64,000 nt of DNA from Thermovirgaceae bacterium (GTDB taxonomy: Bacteria > Synergistota > Synergistia > Synergistales > Thermovirgaceae). Positions 29,282 through 39,931 of this stretch are shown in pieces. The number at the start of each line of letters is the position of its first letter. Position 1 is the first letter of the stretch. The stretch lies in NCBI GenBank assembly GCA_040767805.1, contig JAXGNU010000004.1, positions 1 to 64,000 on the forward strand, written 5' to 3'. Below the pieces are notes generated by a model. The model saw nothing but the letters and a program-made list of their open reading frames with translations. It searched no databases and had not been told where the DNA came from. Made by a program: the position numbers and the translations under genes.

Positions 29282-30322
29282 TTATAGAGACTTTTCAAGG
29301 GAGGGGTTGTCGGTTATGCCGGGGATCCTGCCCCGTTTCGCCACGGGCACGCCGTCGACCACCTTGATGTCCATCGTCATGTCCCTCGGCGTCGCGTGGG
29401 CTATGTAACTCCCCACGCCGAAGGAAGCGGCGCCGGCTTCCGACAGGAGCCTTATCCTCTCGGGGTTGAGCCCACCCGACACGGTGATGGACACGTGGGA
29501 GGCGCCGGCCATGTCGAGCCTGCGGCGGACCTCGCGGACCAGTTCGGGCGTGACCCCTCCCCTCTCGGAGGGGGTGTCGAGCCTGACGGCCGAGAGCCTC
29601 TCGCCCAGGGCCGAGGCGATCCTGAGCGCTTCCTCGGCCTCGTCGTGGAAGGTGTCCACCAGGATGATCCTGGGTTCCCCCTCGGGGAGGAAGTCGTCGT
29701 AGGCCTTCGCTATCTTCAGGGTGTCCCCGGCGATAAGTATGGCGGCGTGGGGGATGGTGCCCCTGGGCTCAATGCCCGCCAGCTTGGCCCCCAGGATGCA
29801 GCTGGCGCCGACGCAGCCCCCCGCGACGACGGCGGCCCTCTCCATCACCGACGAGACGGCGGGGTGGACGTGCCTCGCCCCGAAGGAGAGCACGGGCCTG
29901 CCCCCGGCGGCCTCGACGCATTCCCTGGCCGCCGTGGCCCACCCCGTGGAGCTGGCCAGCATGCCCAGGATGACCGTCTCGTACATGCCGAAGGCCGAGT
30001 AAGGGCCGCTTATCCTGGCGACGACCTCGTCGGGCGCGAAGGTATCCCCTTCCTTTAGGGAAAGGATCTCCACGCCGGTGTCAGCCAGGAGGGAGATCAC
30101 CTCGGGGATGCCGGCGAAGACTCCGCCCCGCTTGGCGAAGATCTCGGCCACCACGGGGGCGTCGAGCCTCCCGCAGGCGTCGAGGATATCCCTGGTCTTG
30201 ACGAAGTAGATATCGGTGGTCTTCCCGGACAGGATCTCTTCGTGGGTCGCGCTGAAGAGCCTTGCCGCCCCCGGATCAAAGGCGTAAACGTCGGAAAGCC
30301 TGTCCAGCCTCGGGGAGCCCAT
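29282..30322 (-). CDS. pncB: Nicotinate phosphoribosyltransferase (short type)
   Basis: TDIYF, SFGARH, GTIPH, VRLDTP, SGG, AKRG. Confidence 0.85.
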   Translation of the reverse strand: MGSPRLDRLSDVYAFDPGAARLFSATHEEILSGKTTDIYFVKTRDILDACGRLDAPVVAEIFAKRGGVFAGIPEVISLLADTGVEILSLKEGDTFAPDEVVARISGPYSAFGMYETVILGMLASSTGWATAARECVEAAGGRPVLSFGARHVHPAVSSVMERAAVVAGGCVGASCILGAKLAGIEPRGTIPHAAILIAGDTLKIAKAYDDFLPEGEPRIILVDTFHDEAEEALRIASALGERLSAVRLDTPSERGGVTPELVREVRRRLDMAGASHVSITVSGGLNPERIRLLSEAGAASFGVGSYIAHATPRDMTMDIKVVDGVPVAKRGRIPGITDNPSLEKSL

Positions 30323-30339
30323 CGCCGTCAACCCCGGCT

Positions 30340-30564
30340 TCAGCGTACCAGTACGAGGATCAGTGATGTGGCCAGGAAGACGGCCGTCAGCACTATGGTC
30401 GCCTTGGTGAGAAGGGTGAACCGCTGCCACTGGCCGGCGGCATCGGCCTGGGTGCCGCCGCCGAAAACGCCGGTGAAACCGCCCTGCTTTCGCTGCTGCA
30501 TGAGGATGACGGCCATCACCGCGATGGAGACGATCACATGGACGACGGTGAGGAATACTTTCAC
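30340..30564 (-). CDS. secG: Preprotein translocase SecG
   Basis: VILMQQRKQGGFTGVFGGG, two TM helices. Confidence 0.9.
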   Translation of the reverse strand: MKVFLTVVHVIVSIAVMAVILMQQRKQGGFTGVFGGGTQADAAGQWQRFTLLTKATIVLTAVFLATSLILVLVR

Positions 30565-30605
30565 GCCTTGCACCTCCTTGATGGTCCTCGACCTGAAACG
30601 AAGGC

Positions 30606-31205
30606 TTATTTTACCACACAACAGCCGGTGAGCATACGCCCGAGCGCCCCGGCCGCCACGGAACGGTGGGAAAGACGGGATTTCACTTCCGGCCCCAGCG
30701 CCGCCAGGGTCTCGTCGTAGCCCCGGGGGATGAACAGGGGATCGTAGCCGAAGCCGCATCTCCCCGACGGGGCCAGGGCGATACGGCCGTAGCAGAAGCC
30801 CTCGGCCAGGAGCCACCGCCCCCGCTCGACCTCGTAAAGGGCCAGGGCGGCGACGAAGCGGGCCTCCCTTTCGGGGACGCCCTTCATCTTTTCGAGGAGC
30901 CATTCGACCCTGGCCCGATCGTCGGGGGCGACCCGGGCCGACATCACGCCCGGCCCCCAGCCCAGGGCCCTCACCTCGAGCCCGCTGTCATCGGCCAGGG
31001 CGGAGCGCCCCAGGGCCATGGCCCACGCCAGGGCCTTCACGGCGGCGTTGCCGGCGTAAGTGCCCCTGTCCTCCTCCACAACCGGGACATCGCCGGGGCC
31101 CGAAAGGTCGAGACCGAAGAGGAGTTCCACCCCCATGGGTGCGAGGAGGGACCTCATCTCGAGGTATTTATGCCTGTTGCCGCTCGCGAATACGATCCCG
31201 GGCAA
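30606..31205 (-). CDS. rdgB: Non-canonical purine NTP pyrophosphatase (HAM1)
   Basis: [24 protein letters not shown]. Confidence 0.92.
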   Translation of the reverse strand: MPGIVFASGNRHKYLEMRSLLAPMGVELLFGLDLSGPGDVPVVEEDRGTYAGNAAVKALAWAMALGRSALADDSGLEVRALGWGPGVMSARVAPDDRARVEWLLEKMKGVPEREARFVAALALYEVERGRWLLAEGFCYGRIALAPSGRCGFGYDPLFIPRGYDETLAALGPEVKSRLSHRSVAAGALGRMLTGCCVVK

Positions 31206-31974
31206 GGGCGACGGCCCTCTCTTCCTCCTGGGTGAGGGACAGGCAGCTTTTCTGGAGGGTGACCATGGAGGTCACGCCCTTTTCGGCAAGGCCTATCATG
31301 TCAAGCAGTTCCGCCCGGGAATAGGGATCGCCCTCGGCGGTGCCCTGCACCTCGATGAAGTCCCCGTACTCGCTCATGACGACGTTGAAGTCCACCTCGG
31401 CGCGGCTGTCCTCGCCGTAGGTGAGGTCCGCCACGATGGAACCGTCGACCTTCCCCACGCTGATGGCCGCCACGAAGTACTTCAGCGGGATGGTATCGAT
31501 GACCCCCTTTGCGAAGAGCCACCGCAGGGCGTCGGCGAGGGCGACGAAACCGCCGGTGATGGCGGCGGTCCTGGTCCCCCCGTCGGCCTGGAGGACATCG
31601 CAGTCGACCCAGACGGTGCGCTCCCCCAGCAGTTCCAGCCCTGTGCCGGCCCTGAGGGAGCGGCCGATGAGCCTCTGGATCTCGTGGCTCCTGCCGCTGG
31701 TCCCCCCCCGGGCGCTGTCACGGGGGGTCCGCGTCTCAGTGGACCTGGGCAGCATCGAGTACTCGGCCGTCACCCAGCCCTTCCCCCCGCCCCTCAAGAA
31801 AAGGGGCACCCTCTCCTCCACGGAGGCGGTGCAGAGCACCCGGGTATCGCCGAACTCCACCAGGGCCGACCCTTCGGCGAAACGGCTGTACCCCCTGGTT
31901 ATGGTCACGGGCCTGTGCTCGCCGGGCTCCCGGCCGTCGGCCCTCTTCGCCGCCCCACCCGCCGGCCCCGTCAT
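31168..31974 (-). CDS. rph: Ribonuclease PH
   Basis: [32 protein letters not shown]. Confidence 0.95.
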   Translation of the reverse strand: MTGPAGGAAKRADGREPGEHRPVTITRGYSRFAEGSALVEFGDTRVLCTASVEERVPLFLRGGGKGWVTAEYSMLPRSTETRTPRDSARGGTSGRSHEIQRLIGRSLRAGTGLELLGERTVWVDCDVLQADGGTRTAAITGGFVALADALRWLFAKGVIDTIPLKYFVAAISVGKVDGSIVADLTYGEDSRAEVDFNVVMSEYGDFIEVQGTAEGDPYSRAELLDMIGLAEKGVTSMVTLQKSCLSLTQEEERAVALARDRIRERQQA

Positions 31975-32657
31975 GAGGTCTTCAGCTGCCACGGCGTGGT
32001 GAGGTCCACGGGGGCCTTGAGTTCCGGGTCCTTGCCGTTTATCAGAATGCGGACCCTCGTGACGGGGGAGAAGTTGGCGACGATGGTCCGAACCAGCGAC
32101 GTCATGATCAGGGTGGCCTTCTCGACGGTCAGGTTCTGGACAACCTTCACGAAGGGGTCGTTTAGGTCCAGGTACAGCAGGTCGCCGTTGCGGAATACGT
32201 GGAGGACCCGCACCTGTTCCGTTATGGTGTTCTCGGCCCTCATGGTCTCCATCAGCCCCACTATGACGGTCTTCACGTCCTCCTCGAGGATGCCGGGGAC
32301 GAGGGATACCCTCTCGGGCTCGATGATGTCGCCCCTGGGGACGAAGACCTCGAAGCCCGACTTCTTCGTGCCCAGGCCTGAGGGCTCGGAGGTGTCCTCC
32401 AGGACCTTCCTGGCCTCGGCGGGGTCGCTCACGACGTTCGGCTGGGTGATGATCTCCTTCCGGTTCAGGTACTTCAGGGTCAGCGACGTTCCCCAGTACC
32501 CCACGGCGAAGAGGAGCACCAGGACGGAGACCCAAGCGACGACCCGAAGGGCCGGGTGGACCCTCCCGCCCTCGTCGTCGTCGTAAAGGTCGTCCTCGTC
32601 GTCGTCATCGAAAAGAGGATTCGGGCCCCTCTTCTCCCAATCCTGGGATTCCAGCAT
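31971..32657 (-). CDS. GerMN-domain membrane protein
   Basis: Single [21 protein letters not shown]. Confidence 0.7.
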   Translation of the reverse strand: MLESQDWEKRGPNPLFDDDDEDDLYDDDEGGRVHPALRVVAWVSVLVLLFAVGYWGTSLTLKYLNRKEIITQPNVVSDPAEARKVLEDTSEPSGLGTKKSGFEVFVPRGDIIEPERVSLVPGILEEDVKTVIVGLMETMRAENTITEQVRVLHVFRNGDLLYLDLNDPFVKVVQNLTVEKATLIMTSLVRTIVANFSPVTRVRILINGKDPELKAPVDLTTPWQLKTS

Positions 32658-32707
32658 AGTCTTCGCCTCCTATCGCGATCGGTCTTTTTAAGGGTGCCGG
32701 GCGGAGC

Positions 32708-34381
32708 CTAATTGAATTGGCTCTGTCCCAGGAATTCCACGATACCCGCCGAAAGGGCCTCGGCGATCCGCTTCTGGTAGTTGGCGTTCTTGAGCATCGC
32801 CGCCTCGGCCTTGTTGGTCAGGTAACCCATCTCGACCAGGACCGAGGGCATCCCCGCTCCCCGGAGCACGAAGAAGGGCGCCTGGGCGACCCTCCTCATG
32901 GTGAGCTTTTTGGCTCCCCCCTTGCGGTAGAGGATCTCAGCGAAGGAGGTGCTCTCCTGGATCTTTACGTTCTGCTGCATGTCGCCGAGGATCTTCAGCA
33001 GCATCCGTGTCCTCCTGTCGACGGCCTCGCTGCTCTCGAGGCCGCCGCCGACGAGTTCCCTGTTCTCTATCAGGGCCAGTTCCATGGCGTGCTTGTCGCT
33101 GGGCAGGGCCATCAGGTATATCTCCATCCCCTGGGCGGACCTGCCCTTGGGCAACGCGTTGCAATGAAGGCTCACGAAGGCGTCGGCGTCCTCCTTTATG
33201 GCTATGCTCGTCCTCTGCGACAGCTGGAGGTAGACGTCGGTGCTCCTGGTCAGGACCACCCGGAGCCCCTCCTTTTTGAGCATGTCCGCCATGAGCCTTG
33301 CCACGCGGAGGTTTATGTCCTTCTCCCTGACCCCGTTGGCCACCGCCCCGGGGTCCTTGCCGCCGTGCCCGGCGTCGATCACCACGGTCCTGGCCCCGCC
33401 GGGGGCCTTGGACGGCATACCCGGCGCGGGTAGGGCCGGGCCCGCCTCCGCGGGGAGTTCCTCTTCAACTTCCACCGCTTCTTCTACGGTAACCTCTTCG
33501 GCCGGCCCCGTCCAGGGGGCGTAGGGCGCCTGCGCCGCCCCTACGGGCCTCGGGTCGTAGAAGTCTATGACCTGCCTGAAGGGGCCCTCCAGGGCGAAGT
33601 GCCTCACCGACGAGGCGTTGTGCTTGAAAGCCATGACGACGCGGTCGCCGAACTGGGTCACCGAAAGGCCTACCTCCGAGGGGTAGGGCGAGGCCGAGCC
33701 GGCCGTACCCCTGGCCATCAGCCCCGGGATGGTCACCGTGACCGCCCCGGGCCCCGCCTCGATCTTCGGGGCTGTGGGGTTCGAAAGGTCCAGGACGACC
33801 CTGATGCCGAAATCCTGCCGCCCCCACCGGATGGACCTCACCGTGGCCGGCGCCGCGGAGAGAGCGCCGGGAAGGGGCGCGCCGGAAACCTGGGGCGGAG
33901 GAGCGGGGCTCGCCGGCGGGGGTCCGGGGGGCGCCTGGAGCCTGGGCTTGTAGCCCTCACCCTTCCAGGTGAGGGAGCCGGCCTCGGGGCCCGCCACGCG
34001 GCCGCAAAGGACGAGGGCGCAGTCAGGGTCCACCCACCAGTGCCCTCCTTCGCGCACCACCTCGTGCATAAGGGGGATGATCTCCCCCTTGTGAACGGCC
34101 GCCGCGGCGCCGGGAAAGAGCTGCAGCGAGCCCCCGGGGCCCTTCAGGACCAGGGTGTCGCCCTTACCCTCGGCGGAGAGGCCCGCGAGCCCCGCGGCGG
34201 AGTCCAGGGCCACCAGCCTGACGCCCCGGGCGTCCATCACGGCCACCCGCCCGAGGGAGCGGCCGTCGCGGAGCAGTTCCCACTCCACCGGGGCGGAGAG
34301 GGCCCCCGGGGAAAGGACCGCCAGGAGCAGGAGCGCGGCTATGGCGCCCAGGGCCGCCCTAGGCGCCGGCCATCGAGACAT
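32708..34381 (-). CDS. N-acetylmuramoyl-L-alanine amidase (Amidase_3, AMIN-like domains)
   Basis: IDAGHGGKDPGA, SLHCNA, SVLVEMGY. Confidence 0.92.
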   Translation of the reverse strand: MSRWPAPRAALGAIAALLLLAVLSPGALSAPVEWELLRDGRSLGRVAVMDARGVRLVALDSAAGLAGLSAEGKGDTLVLKGPGGSLQLFPGAAAAVHKGEIIPLMHEVVREGGHWWVDPDCALVLCGRVAGPEAGSLTWKGEGYKPRLQAPPGPPPASPAPPPQVSGAPLPGALSAAPATVRSIRWGRQDFGIRVVLDLSNPTAPKIEAGPGAVTVTIPGLMARGTAGSASPYPSEVGLSVTQFGDRVVMAFKHNASSVRHFALEGPFRQVIDFYDPRPVGAAQAPYAPWTGPAEEVTVEEAVEVEEELPAEAGPALPAPGMPSKAPGGARTVVIDAGHGGKDPGAVANGVREKDINLRVARLMADMLKKEGLRVVLTRSTDVYLQLSQRTSIAIKEDADAFVSLHCNALPKGRSAQGMEIYLMALPSDKHAMELALIENRELVGGGLESSEAVDRRTRMLLKILGDMQQNVKIQESTSFAEILYRKGGAKKLTMRRVAQAPFFVLRGAGMPSVLVEMGYLTNKAEAAMLKNANYQKRIAEALSAGIVEFLGQSQFN

Positions 34382-35723
34382 CCCGAACCACCATGGTGCA
34401 CCCCCCGATCTCGCCGAAGAAGCGCAGGTCGTCGCCCACCTCGGAAAGGGCCGAAAGGAGACCCAAAAGGTTACCGGCCATGGTCATGCCCGCTACGGGG
34501 GCGCCGGGGCGGCCGGAGCCGTCGATCAGGGCGCCCTTGACCCCCAGGGAGAAATCACCGCTGATGGGGTCGATGGTGTGGACGCCCATGAGTTCCGTAA
34601 CGAGGACTCCGCCGGCGCAGTCTTTGAATATCTGCTCCTTCCCCCTCTTACCGGGGACGGGGAAAAGGTTTGAAAAACCCACGTCCGGGAGGCTCCCGGG
34701 GGACCGGGAAGCGTTCCCCGTGGCGGAGGCCCCGAACTTCCTCGCGTACTTGAGGTCGTAGAGGAAGGAGGTCACCGTCCCCCGGTCCAGCAGCACCGTC
34801 CGGCCCGGGGGGACCCCCTCCCCGTCCCAGGGCGATGTCCCGACCGCCCAGGGGATGGTCCCGTCATCGACCAGGGTGAGGCAGTCGCTGCCGACCTTAT
34901 GCCCCACCCGGCCCTTCAGCATAGAGCGGTTCTTGAAGACCTCGGGCGCCAGGAAAAGTTCCCCGAGGGCTTCCACGAGGGAAGCGGCGGCCTCGGGGTC
35001 CAGCACCACGTCGTAGACGCGGGTGGGGGCCGGCTTCCCCCCCAGCGTGAGGGCGCCCCGCTCGACGGCCTCCCGCGCCACGGACCCGGGGTCGATGTCG
35101 CAAGACCGCCTGCTTTCGGCGTAGGCGCCGGCCATCTCCTGGGCCTCCCCGTCGGAGAGGACCACCGTCACGGAACAGGAGGCCCAGGTGTCGTCGTACC
35201 AGCCCAGGAAGCCCTCGCTGGAGGCGTAAAAAGTGCTCCCCGAGCCGTCCGACCAAGCCGCCTCGCGGACGGAAACCACCCTGTCGTCGGCGCGCGATGC
35301 CAGGTCGTGCATCAGCCGGCAGCGCTCCTCCCTCTCGGCATGACCCATGCCGGCGGTAGCGGCGTCGAAGACCCCGGCCATCTGGGTATCGGGGGCCTTA
35401 CCGCCGTAGAGGGCCACGTCGGACTCGGGTTCGGAGGCGTGGCAATTCTCGAGGCACAGGTCCACCAACCGCTGAATCGCGTCCCGTGATAGGTCCCCCG
35501 TGTCGGCGACGCCCTGGCGGCCCTCCCTGTCGGCGGCGCGGCAGCCTATCCGGATCGAGGATCCCAGGGTGTCCCACTCGGGCTCGCCGTCCCTGAGGGA
35601 GAGCCTCGAGGACCTCCCCGAGTGGTAGAGCACATCGGCCAGGAGCGCCCCCCTGCCCAGGGAGGCCTCCATCATCCAGCGGGCTATCGATTCGACCTCC
35701 TGCCGGGAAGGACCTTGGCTCAT
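34359..35723 (-). CDS. pmbA: TldE/PmbA family protein
   Basis: PWDGEG, STGNA-like, SGDFS, AGN. Confidence 0.85.
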   Translation of the reverse strand: MSQGPSRQEVESIARWMMEASLGRGALLADVLYHSGRSSRLSLRDGEPEWDTLGSSIRIGCRAADREGRQGVADTGDLSRDAIQRLVDLCLENCHASEPESDVALYGGKAPDTQMAGVFDAATAGMGHAEREERCRLMHDLASRADDRVVSVREAAWSDGSGSTFYASSEGFLGWYDDTWASCSVTVVLSDGEAQEMAGAYAESRRSCDIDPGSVAREAVERGALTLGGKPAPTRVYDVVLDPEAAASLVEALGELFLAPEVFKNRSMLKGRVGHKVGSDCLTLVDDGTIPWAVGTSPWDGEGVPPGRTVLLDRGTVTSFLYDLKYARKFGASATGNASRSPGSLPDVGFSNLFPVPGKRGKEQIFKDCAGGVLVTELMGVHTIDPISGDFSLGVKGALIDGSGRPGAPVAGMTMAGNLLGLLSALSEVGDDLRFFGEIGGCTMVVRDVSMAGA

Positions 35724-36757
35724 CGGGAGGCCTTCAACTCCTCCATTATGGTTTCGGCGGCCCGGTTCACGTCGCCGGCGGTGACCCCGAAGTGGGTCAC
35801 CAGCCTGAACCTCCTCTCGGAGACGGCCCCGAAGAGGACGCCCCTGGCGGCGCACCGCCGGGAGAGTTCGTTGGCGTCGGGCCCGTCGGCCCCCAGTCCG
35901 ACGTAAACCATGTTGGTGGCCTTGCCCACCCTTTCCACGCCGACGCCGCCGGCAAGGAGCGCCGACGACAGCCTGGCGGCGTTCTCGTGGTCCTCGGCGA
36001 GCCTCTTCGTCATCTTCCGCAGGGCTATGAGCCCCGCCGCGGCCAGTACCCCGGCCTGCCTCAGGCCGCCGCCGAGCCTCTTGCGCCAGTGCCTCGCCCT
36101 GGTAATGAACTCGGCGCCGCCGCAGAGCATGGAACCTACGGGGGCCCCGAGGCCCTTTGAAAGGCAGAACTGGACGGAGTCAACGATCGCCGTGTACTCC
36201 GTCACGTCGACGCCCCAGGCGGTGGAGGCGTTGAAGACCCTGGCGCCGTCGAGGTGCACCGAAAGCCCCTCGGACCGGGCGGCTTCCACGGTGGCCTTGA
36301 AATCCTCCGGCGACACGGCCGTCCCTCCTGCCCTGTTGTGGGTGTTCTCCACGCAAAGCAGGCGGGCCGGGGCGTAATGGACGTTGCTCGGCCTGCACCA
36401 GGAGAGGACCCTGTCGGGGGGTATGATCCCCCCGGGGTCATCGGCCACGAGGGGCAGGATGCCGCCGAGGGCGGAGAGCCCCCCGCCTTCGTAGATGTAG
36501 ATGTGGCTGTCGGAGCCGAGGATGGTCCCGTCGCCCCGGGAGCAATGGGTCAGGAGCGCGGCGACGTTGCCCTGGGTGCCGGAGGTCACGAAAAGGGCGG
36601 CCTCCTGTCCCGTCATAAGGGCGGATTCCTTTTCCAGTTCATTTATCGTGGGGTCTTCCCCATAGACGTCGTCCCCCACGTCGGCGGCGGCCATGGCTGC
36701 CCTCATTTCATCGGTGGGCTTTGTAACGGTATCGCTGCGAAGATCGATAACTTTCAT
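35720..36757 (-). CDS. ltaE: Low-specificity L-threonine aldolase
   Basis: DLRSDTVT, ENTHN, HLDGAR, CLSKGLGAPVGS. Confidence 0.93.
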   Translation of the reverse strand: MKVIDLRSDTVTKPTDEMRAAMAAADVGDDVYGEDPTINELEKESALMTGQEAALFVTSGTQGNVAALLTHCSRGDGTILGSDSHIYIYEGGGLSALGGILPLVADDPGGIIPPDRVLSWCRPSNVHYAPARLLCVENTHNRAGGTAVSPEDFKATVEAARSEGLSVHLDGARVFNASTAWGVDVTEYTAIVDSVQFCLSKGLGAPVGSMLCGGAEFITRARHWRKRLGGGLRQAGVLAAAGLIALRKMTKRLAEDHENAARLSSALLAGGVGVERVGKATNMVYVGLGADGPDANELSRRCAARGVLFGAVSERRFRLVTHFGVTAGDVNRAAETIMEELKASR

Positions 36758-36853
36758 GGGCGTCAGCCTCCCCGGCCGGGCTTTAGGCGGCGGCCTTTTC
36801 TTTGCTTGTTATAATATCATCATTCCGATCCTTCAAAAAAGGGTGGGTCCGCA

Positions 36854-37549
36854 ATGGAAGCCGTAACGAGAGTCCCCGTCGTGAGGGTGAGCGGCGCCGG
36901 CACGAAGCGCTTCGACGATGAAGCGGCGGTGGAGGGGAATTACCTCCTGGTCATCGACGGCGGCCCCGCCCGGGAGGTCGTCCTTTCGCCCCTGGATCTC
37001 AGGGAATGGGCCGTGGGCAACCTCTTCTGCGCCGGGGTGATCTCCGGCGCACCCGATATCCTCGCCTTTGACGAAAGGGACGGGAGGATCGAGGTCAGGA
37101 TCGCCCCCTCGCCCCGGCCGCCCGGGCGGGACGAGGGGGCTACGGTCAAGACGTCGCCCGGGGTAATAGAGGACGGGGCCCGGTGGATCGCGGAGGCGCC
37201 CCTCTTCGGCAGGACCGGGGGGTTCCACGCGGCGGCCCTGCTGTCCTTCGAGGGAAAGAGGCTGGCCCTCTTCGAGGACATCAGCCGCCACAACGCCCTC
37301 GACAAGGTCATCGGGTGGGGGCTCATCCGGGGGGTGGACCTGGGTAGGGCACTGGTGGTCCAGTCCGGCAGGCTTCCCAGGGACATGGTCGCCAAGGCCG
37401 CCGCGGCCGGGATACCCCTTCTCGGGAGCGTCTCCGCTTCGACCGACGCCGGGGTATCCCTGGCGAGGGAGGAGGGCATCACCCTGGTGAGCTTCATCAG
37501 GGAGGGCAGGATGAACATCCACACCCATCCCGAGAGGGTGAGGGTCTAG
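36854..37549 (+). CDS. fdhD: FdhD/NarQ-family protein
   Basis: TGGFHAA, EDISRHNALDK, SGR, SAST. Confidence 0.85.
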   Translation: MEAVTRVPVVRVSGAGTKRFDDEAAVEGNYLLVIDGGPAREVVLSPLDLREWAVGNLFCAGVISGAPDILAFDERDGRIEVRIAPSPRPPGRDEGATVKTSPGVIEDGARWIAEAPLFGRTGGFHAAALLSFEGKRLALFEDISRHNALDKVIGWGLIRGVDLGRALVVQSGRLPRDMVAKAAAAGIPLLGSVSASTDAGVSLAREEGITLVSFIREGRMNIHTHPERVRV

Positions 37550-37554
37550 GGGGA

Positions 37555-38382
37555 CTAGATGCTGACCCCCAGCCGCGCCCAGGGGAGCAGCCCCTCGGTC
37601 ACGGCGACGCCGAGGTCCATCCCCGGGCGGTCGACGCCGTGGAAGTCGGAGCCCGCCGTCGGGAAGAGGCCGAACCGGGAGGCGACCTTCATCCAGTAGT
37701 AGATCTCCCCCGAACCGTGGTGGCCCGAAATGCACTCTAGGCCCCACAAGCCATGACCTTTCAGCCTTTCCAGGAGCGCGAAGAGGTGGTCCTCGTCCAG
37801 GCCCATCAGGCCGGGATGGCCAAGCACGGCGACGCCTCCCGCCTCGTCGACGGCCTCCAGGCACTGCTCGGGGGTGAGCCGGGAACTGGCTACGTAGGCG
37901 GGGGCGCCCCTCCCGATGTACCGGTTGAAGGCCGAGGCTATGTCCCGGACATAACCCTTCTTCACAAGGACCCTCGCTATGTGCGGCCGGGCCACGACCT
38001 CGCCGCCCGATTCGGCCTCGACCTCTTCGAGGCTTATCGCCACGCCGAGGGAAACCAGTTTCTCCACCATGAGGGCGTTCCTCCTCCGGCGGTTCTCCCG
38101 CAGGGCGCCGAGCTTCTCCTGGAGGCCGGGGCAGGACCGGTCGATACGGTAGCCCATGATGTGAAGGGTGTGGGGGGCCTCGGCGGACAGTTCCACCCCG
38201 GTGATGCCCTGGATCCCCTTCTTGCCGCAGGCCGCCAGGAACCTGTCGAGGCCGGCGGTCGTGTCGTGGTCGGTGAGGCTCAGAATCGACACGTGCCTTT
38301 TGGCGGCCCTACCGACCAGGGCTTCCGGTGAAAAGGTGCCGTCGCTGAAGGTGCTGTGGGTGTGAAGGTCCACGATCAGCAT
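37555..38382 (-). CDS. PHP-domain phosphoesterase
   Basis: DLHTHSTFSDG, LTDHDT, RPHIA, GSDFHG. Confidence 0.9.
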   Translation of the reverse strand: MLIVDLHTHSTFSDGTFSPEALVGRAAKRHVSILSLTDHDTTAGLDRFLAACGKKGIQGITGVELSAEAPHTLHIMGYRIDRSCPGLQEKLGALRENRRRRNALMVEKLVSLGVAISLEEVEAESGGEVVARPHIARVLVKKGYVRDIASAFNRYIGRGAPAYVASSRLTPEQCLEAVDEAGGVAVLGHPGLMGLDEDHLFALLERLKGHGLWGLECISGHHGSGEIYYWMKVASRFGLFPTAGSDFHGVDRPGMDLGVAVTEGLLPWARLGVSI

Positions 38383-39464
38383 CCCCGGCCCCCCTTCCTC
38401 GAGCAGGCGACCTCGATGAGGTCCCTCAGCAGGGAATAAGCCGTATGCCTCGGGCCGATGCCGCCGCCGGCGACGAAGATCTCCCCCAGCGTGTCCGTCA
38501 GGAAAAGCACCCCGTTGGTGGCGCCGTGGACCCGCGAGAGGGGGTTGGAGGGTGAGAGGACCTCGGGCCTGACCGTGATGGCGACGCTGCCCTTTTCCCT
38601 CTCCACCCTGGAGACGAGGCGGACGGCGCCGCCCGAGTGGGCCGCCTCCAGGAGCAGCCTGGTCTTGATCTGGTTTATCCCCTGGACCTCGATGTCCTCC
38701 AGGGGGACCGGGGGAGCGTCCATGAGGACCTGGGCGATGATCGAGGCCTTGACGGCGCTGTCCCAACCTTCGATGTCGAAGGTTGGATCCGTCTCGGCGT
38801 AACCCTTCCTCCTGGCGTCGAGGAGGGCGTCGTCGAAGGAGGCGCCGGCGACCATGAGGTCGAGGATGTAGTTGGAGGTGGTGTTCATTACGCCTTCGCA
38901 GGAAAGGACCTCCGACCCCGTGAGGCAGTGCCTCGCGAAGGAGAAGAAGGGGGTGCCGCCCATGACGGCCGCCTCGAACAGGAAGAGGGCTCCCCTGGCG
39001 GCGGCGAAGTCCCGTATCTCCCGGTACCCCAGGAAGAGAGGACCCTTGTTGGAGGTGATCACGTCCTTCCCCCGCTGGAGCCCACCGAGGATGAAGCCCT
39101 TCGGCTCTTCCGGGGACTGGAGGGCGGTGGAGGTACACACGACCAGGAGGTCGTAATCCATCTCCTGGACCATCTCCCCCGCCGAGGGACAGCCCCGCCC
39201 ACCCCGGGAGGGGGCCGGGCCGAGCCTGCCCGTGGAGGATTCCTTTTTCAGGAGGGCTCCGATATCCAGCCCCCCAGGGTCGCTCACGCAACCCCTCGAG
39301 CGGGTCGCTATACCCACGAAACGGCCATCGACGCCGAACAGGTCCTTCAAGATAGGGGCTTTCTCCTCGACGATCTCACAGAAGGCCCTCCCCACGTTGC
39401 CGAAACCGAGAAGAAGGATCTTCAAGGCTATCGTCACCTCCCGCCGGACAGTCATCAAAGCCAT
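38376..39464 (-). CDS. hom: Homoserine dehydrogenase
   Basis: GFGNVG, TSNKGP, EAAVMGGTP, GYAETDPTFDIEGWD. Confidence 0.9.
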   Translation of the reverse strand: MALMTVRREVTIALKILLLGFGNVGRAFCEIVEEKAPILKDLFGVDGRFVGIATRSRGCVSDPGGLDIGALLKKESSTGRLGPAPSRGGRGCPSAGEMVQEMDYDLLVVCTSTALQSPEEPKGFILGGLQRGKDVITSNKGPLFLGYREIRDFAAARGALFLFEAAVMGGTPFFSFARHCLTGSEVLSCEGVMNTTSNYILDLMVAGASFDDALLDARRKGYAETDPTFDIEGWDSAVKASIIAQVLMDAPPVPLEDIEVQGINQIKTRLLLEAAHSGGAVRLVSRVEREKGSVAITVRPEVLSPSNPLSRVHGATNGVLFLTDTLGEIFVAGGGIGPRHTAYSLLRDLIEVACSRKGGRGC

Positions 39465-39571
39465 TGGGGTCTATGATATCATTGCGTTTGATCTTCCAGA
39501 GCGGAATGCCCGAAACGACCCGTAAAAGGGATTTCCCCGGGGGAAAAGAACAGGACGGGAGGCCACAAGTA

Positions 39572-39931
39572 ATGACCGATCCAAAGGATGATCACGACAG
39601 GGTCTTCAGCGAGAACTACGCCAGGGCGGCGGCCCGGGTGCTGGAGGCCGTCTCGAGGACGGCCCAGCTTTCCTCGCTGGCGACGCCGGAAGTACAGGAC
39701 CTCTTTGAGAACTGGCTCGAAATACTGGGCCGCCAGATCCTGCTGGACCAGGAGGTGCCCGGCCGAATGGATATCCCCTCGAAGGCGGCCGAGATAGGCG
39801 TGTCGTCCTCCTCCCTGCTGGGGTTGCTCCTTTACCTCCAGAGGCAGGGCAGGATCTGTATAACCGAGGTCCTCCTCGCGCCGGGATGCGGCCGCGATGA
39901 GGATATCTGCGACTGCATCAGGCAGGGGTGA
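39572..39931 (+). CDS. Hypothetical protein with possible wHTH C-terminus
   Basis: SD GGAGG, GC3-biased codons, GTGA overlap with deoC. Confidence 0.65.
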   Translation: MTDPKDDHDRVFSENYARAAARVLEAVSRTAQLSSLATPEVQDLFENWLEILGRQILLDQEVPGRMDIPSKAAEIGVSSSSLLGLLLYLQRQGRICITEVLLAPGCGRDEDICDCIRQG

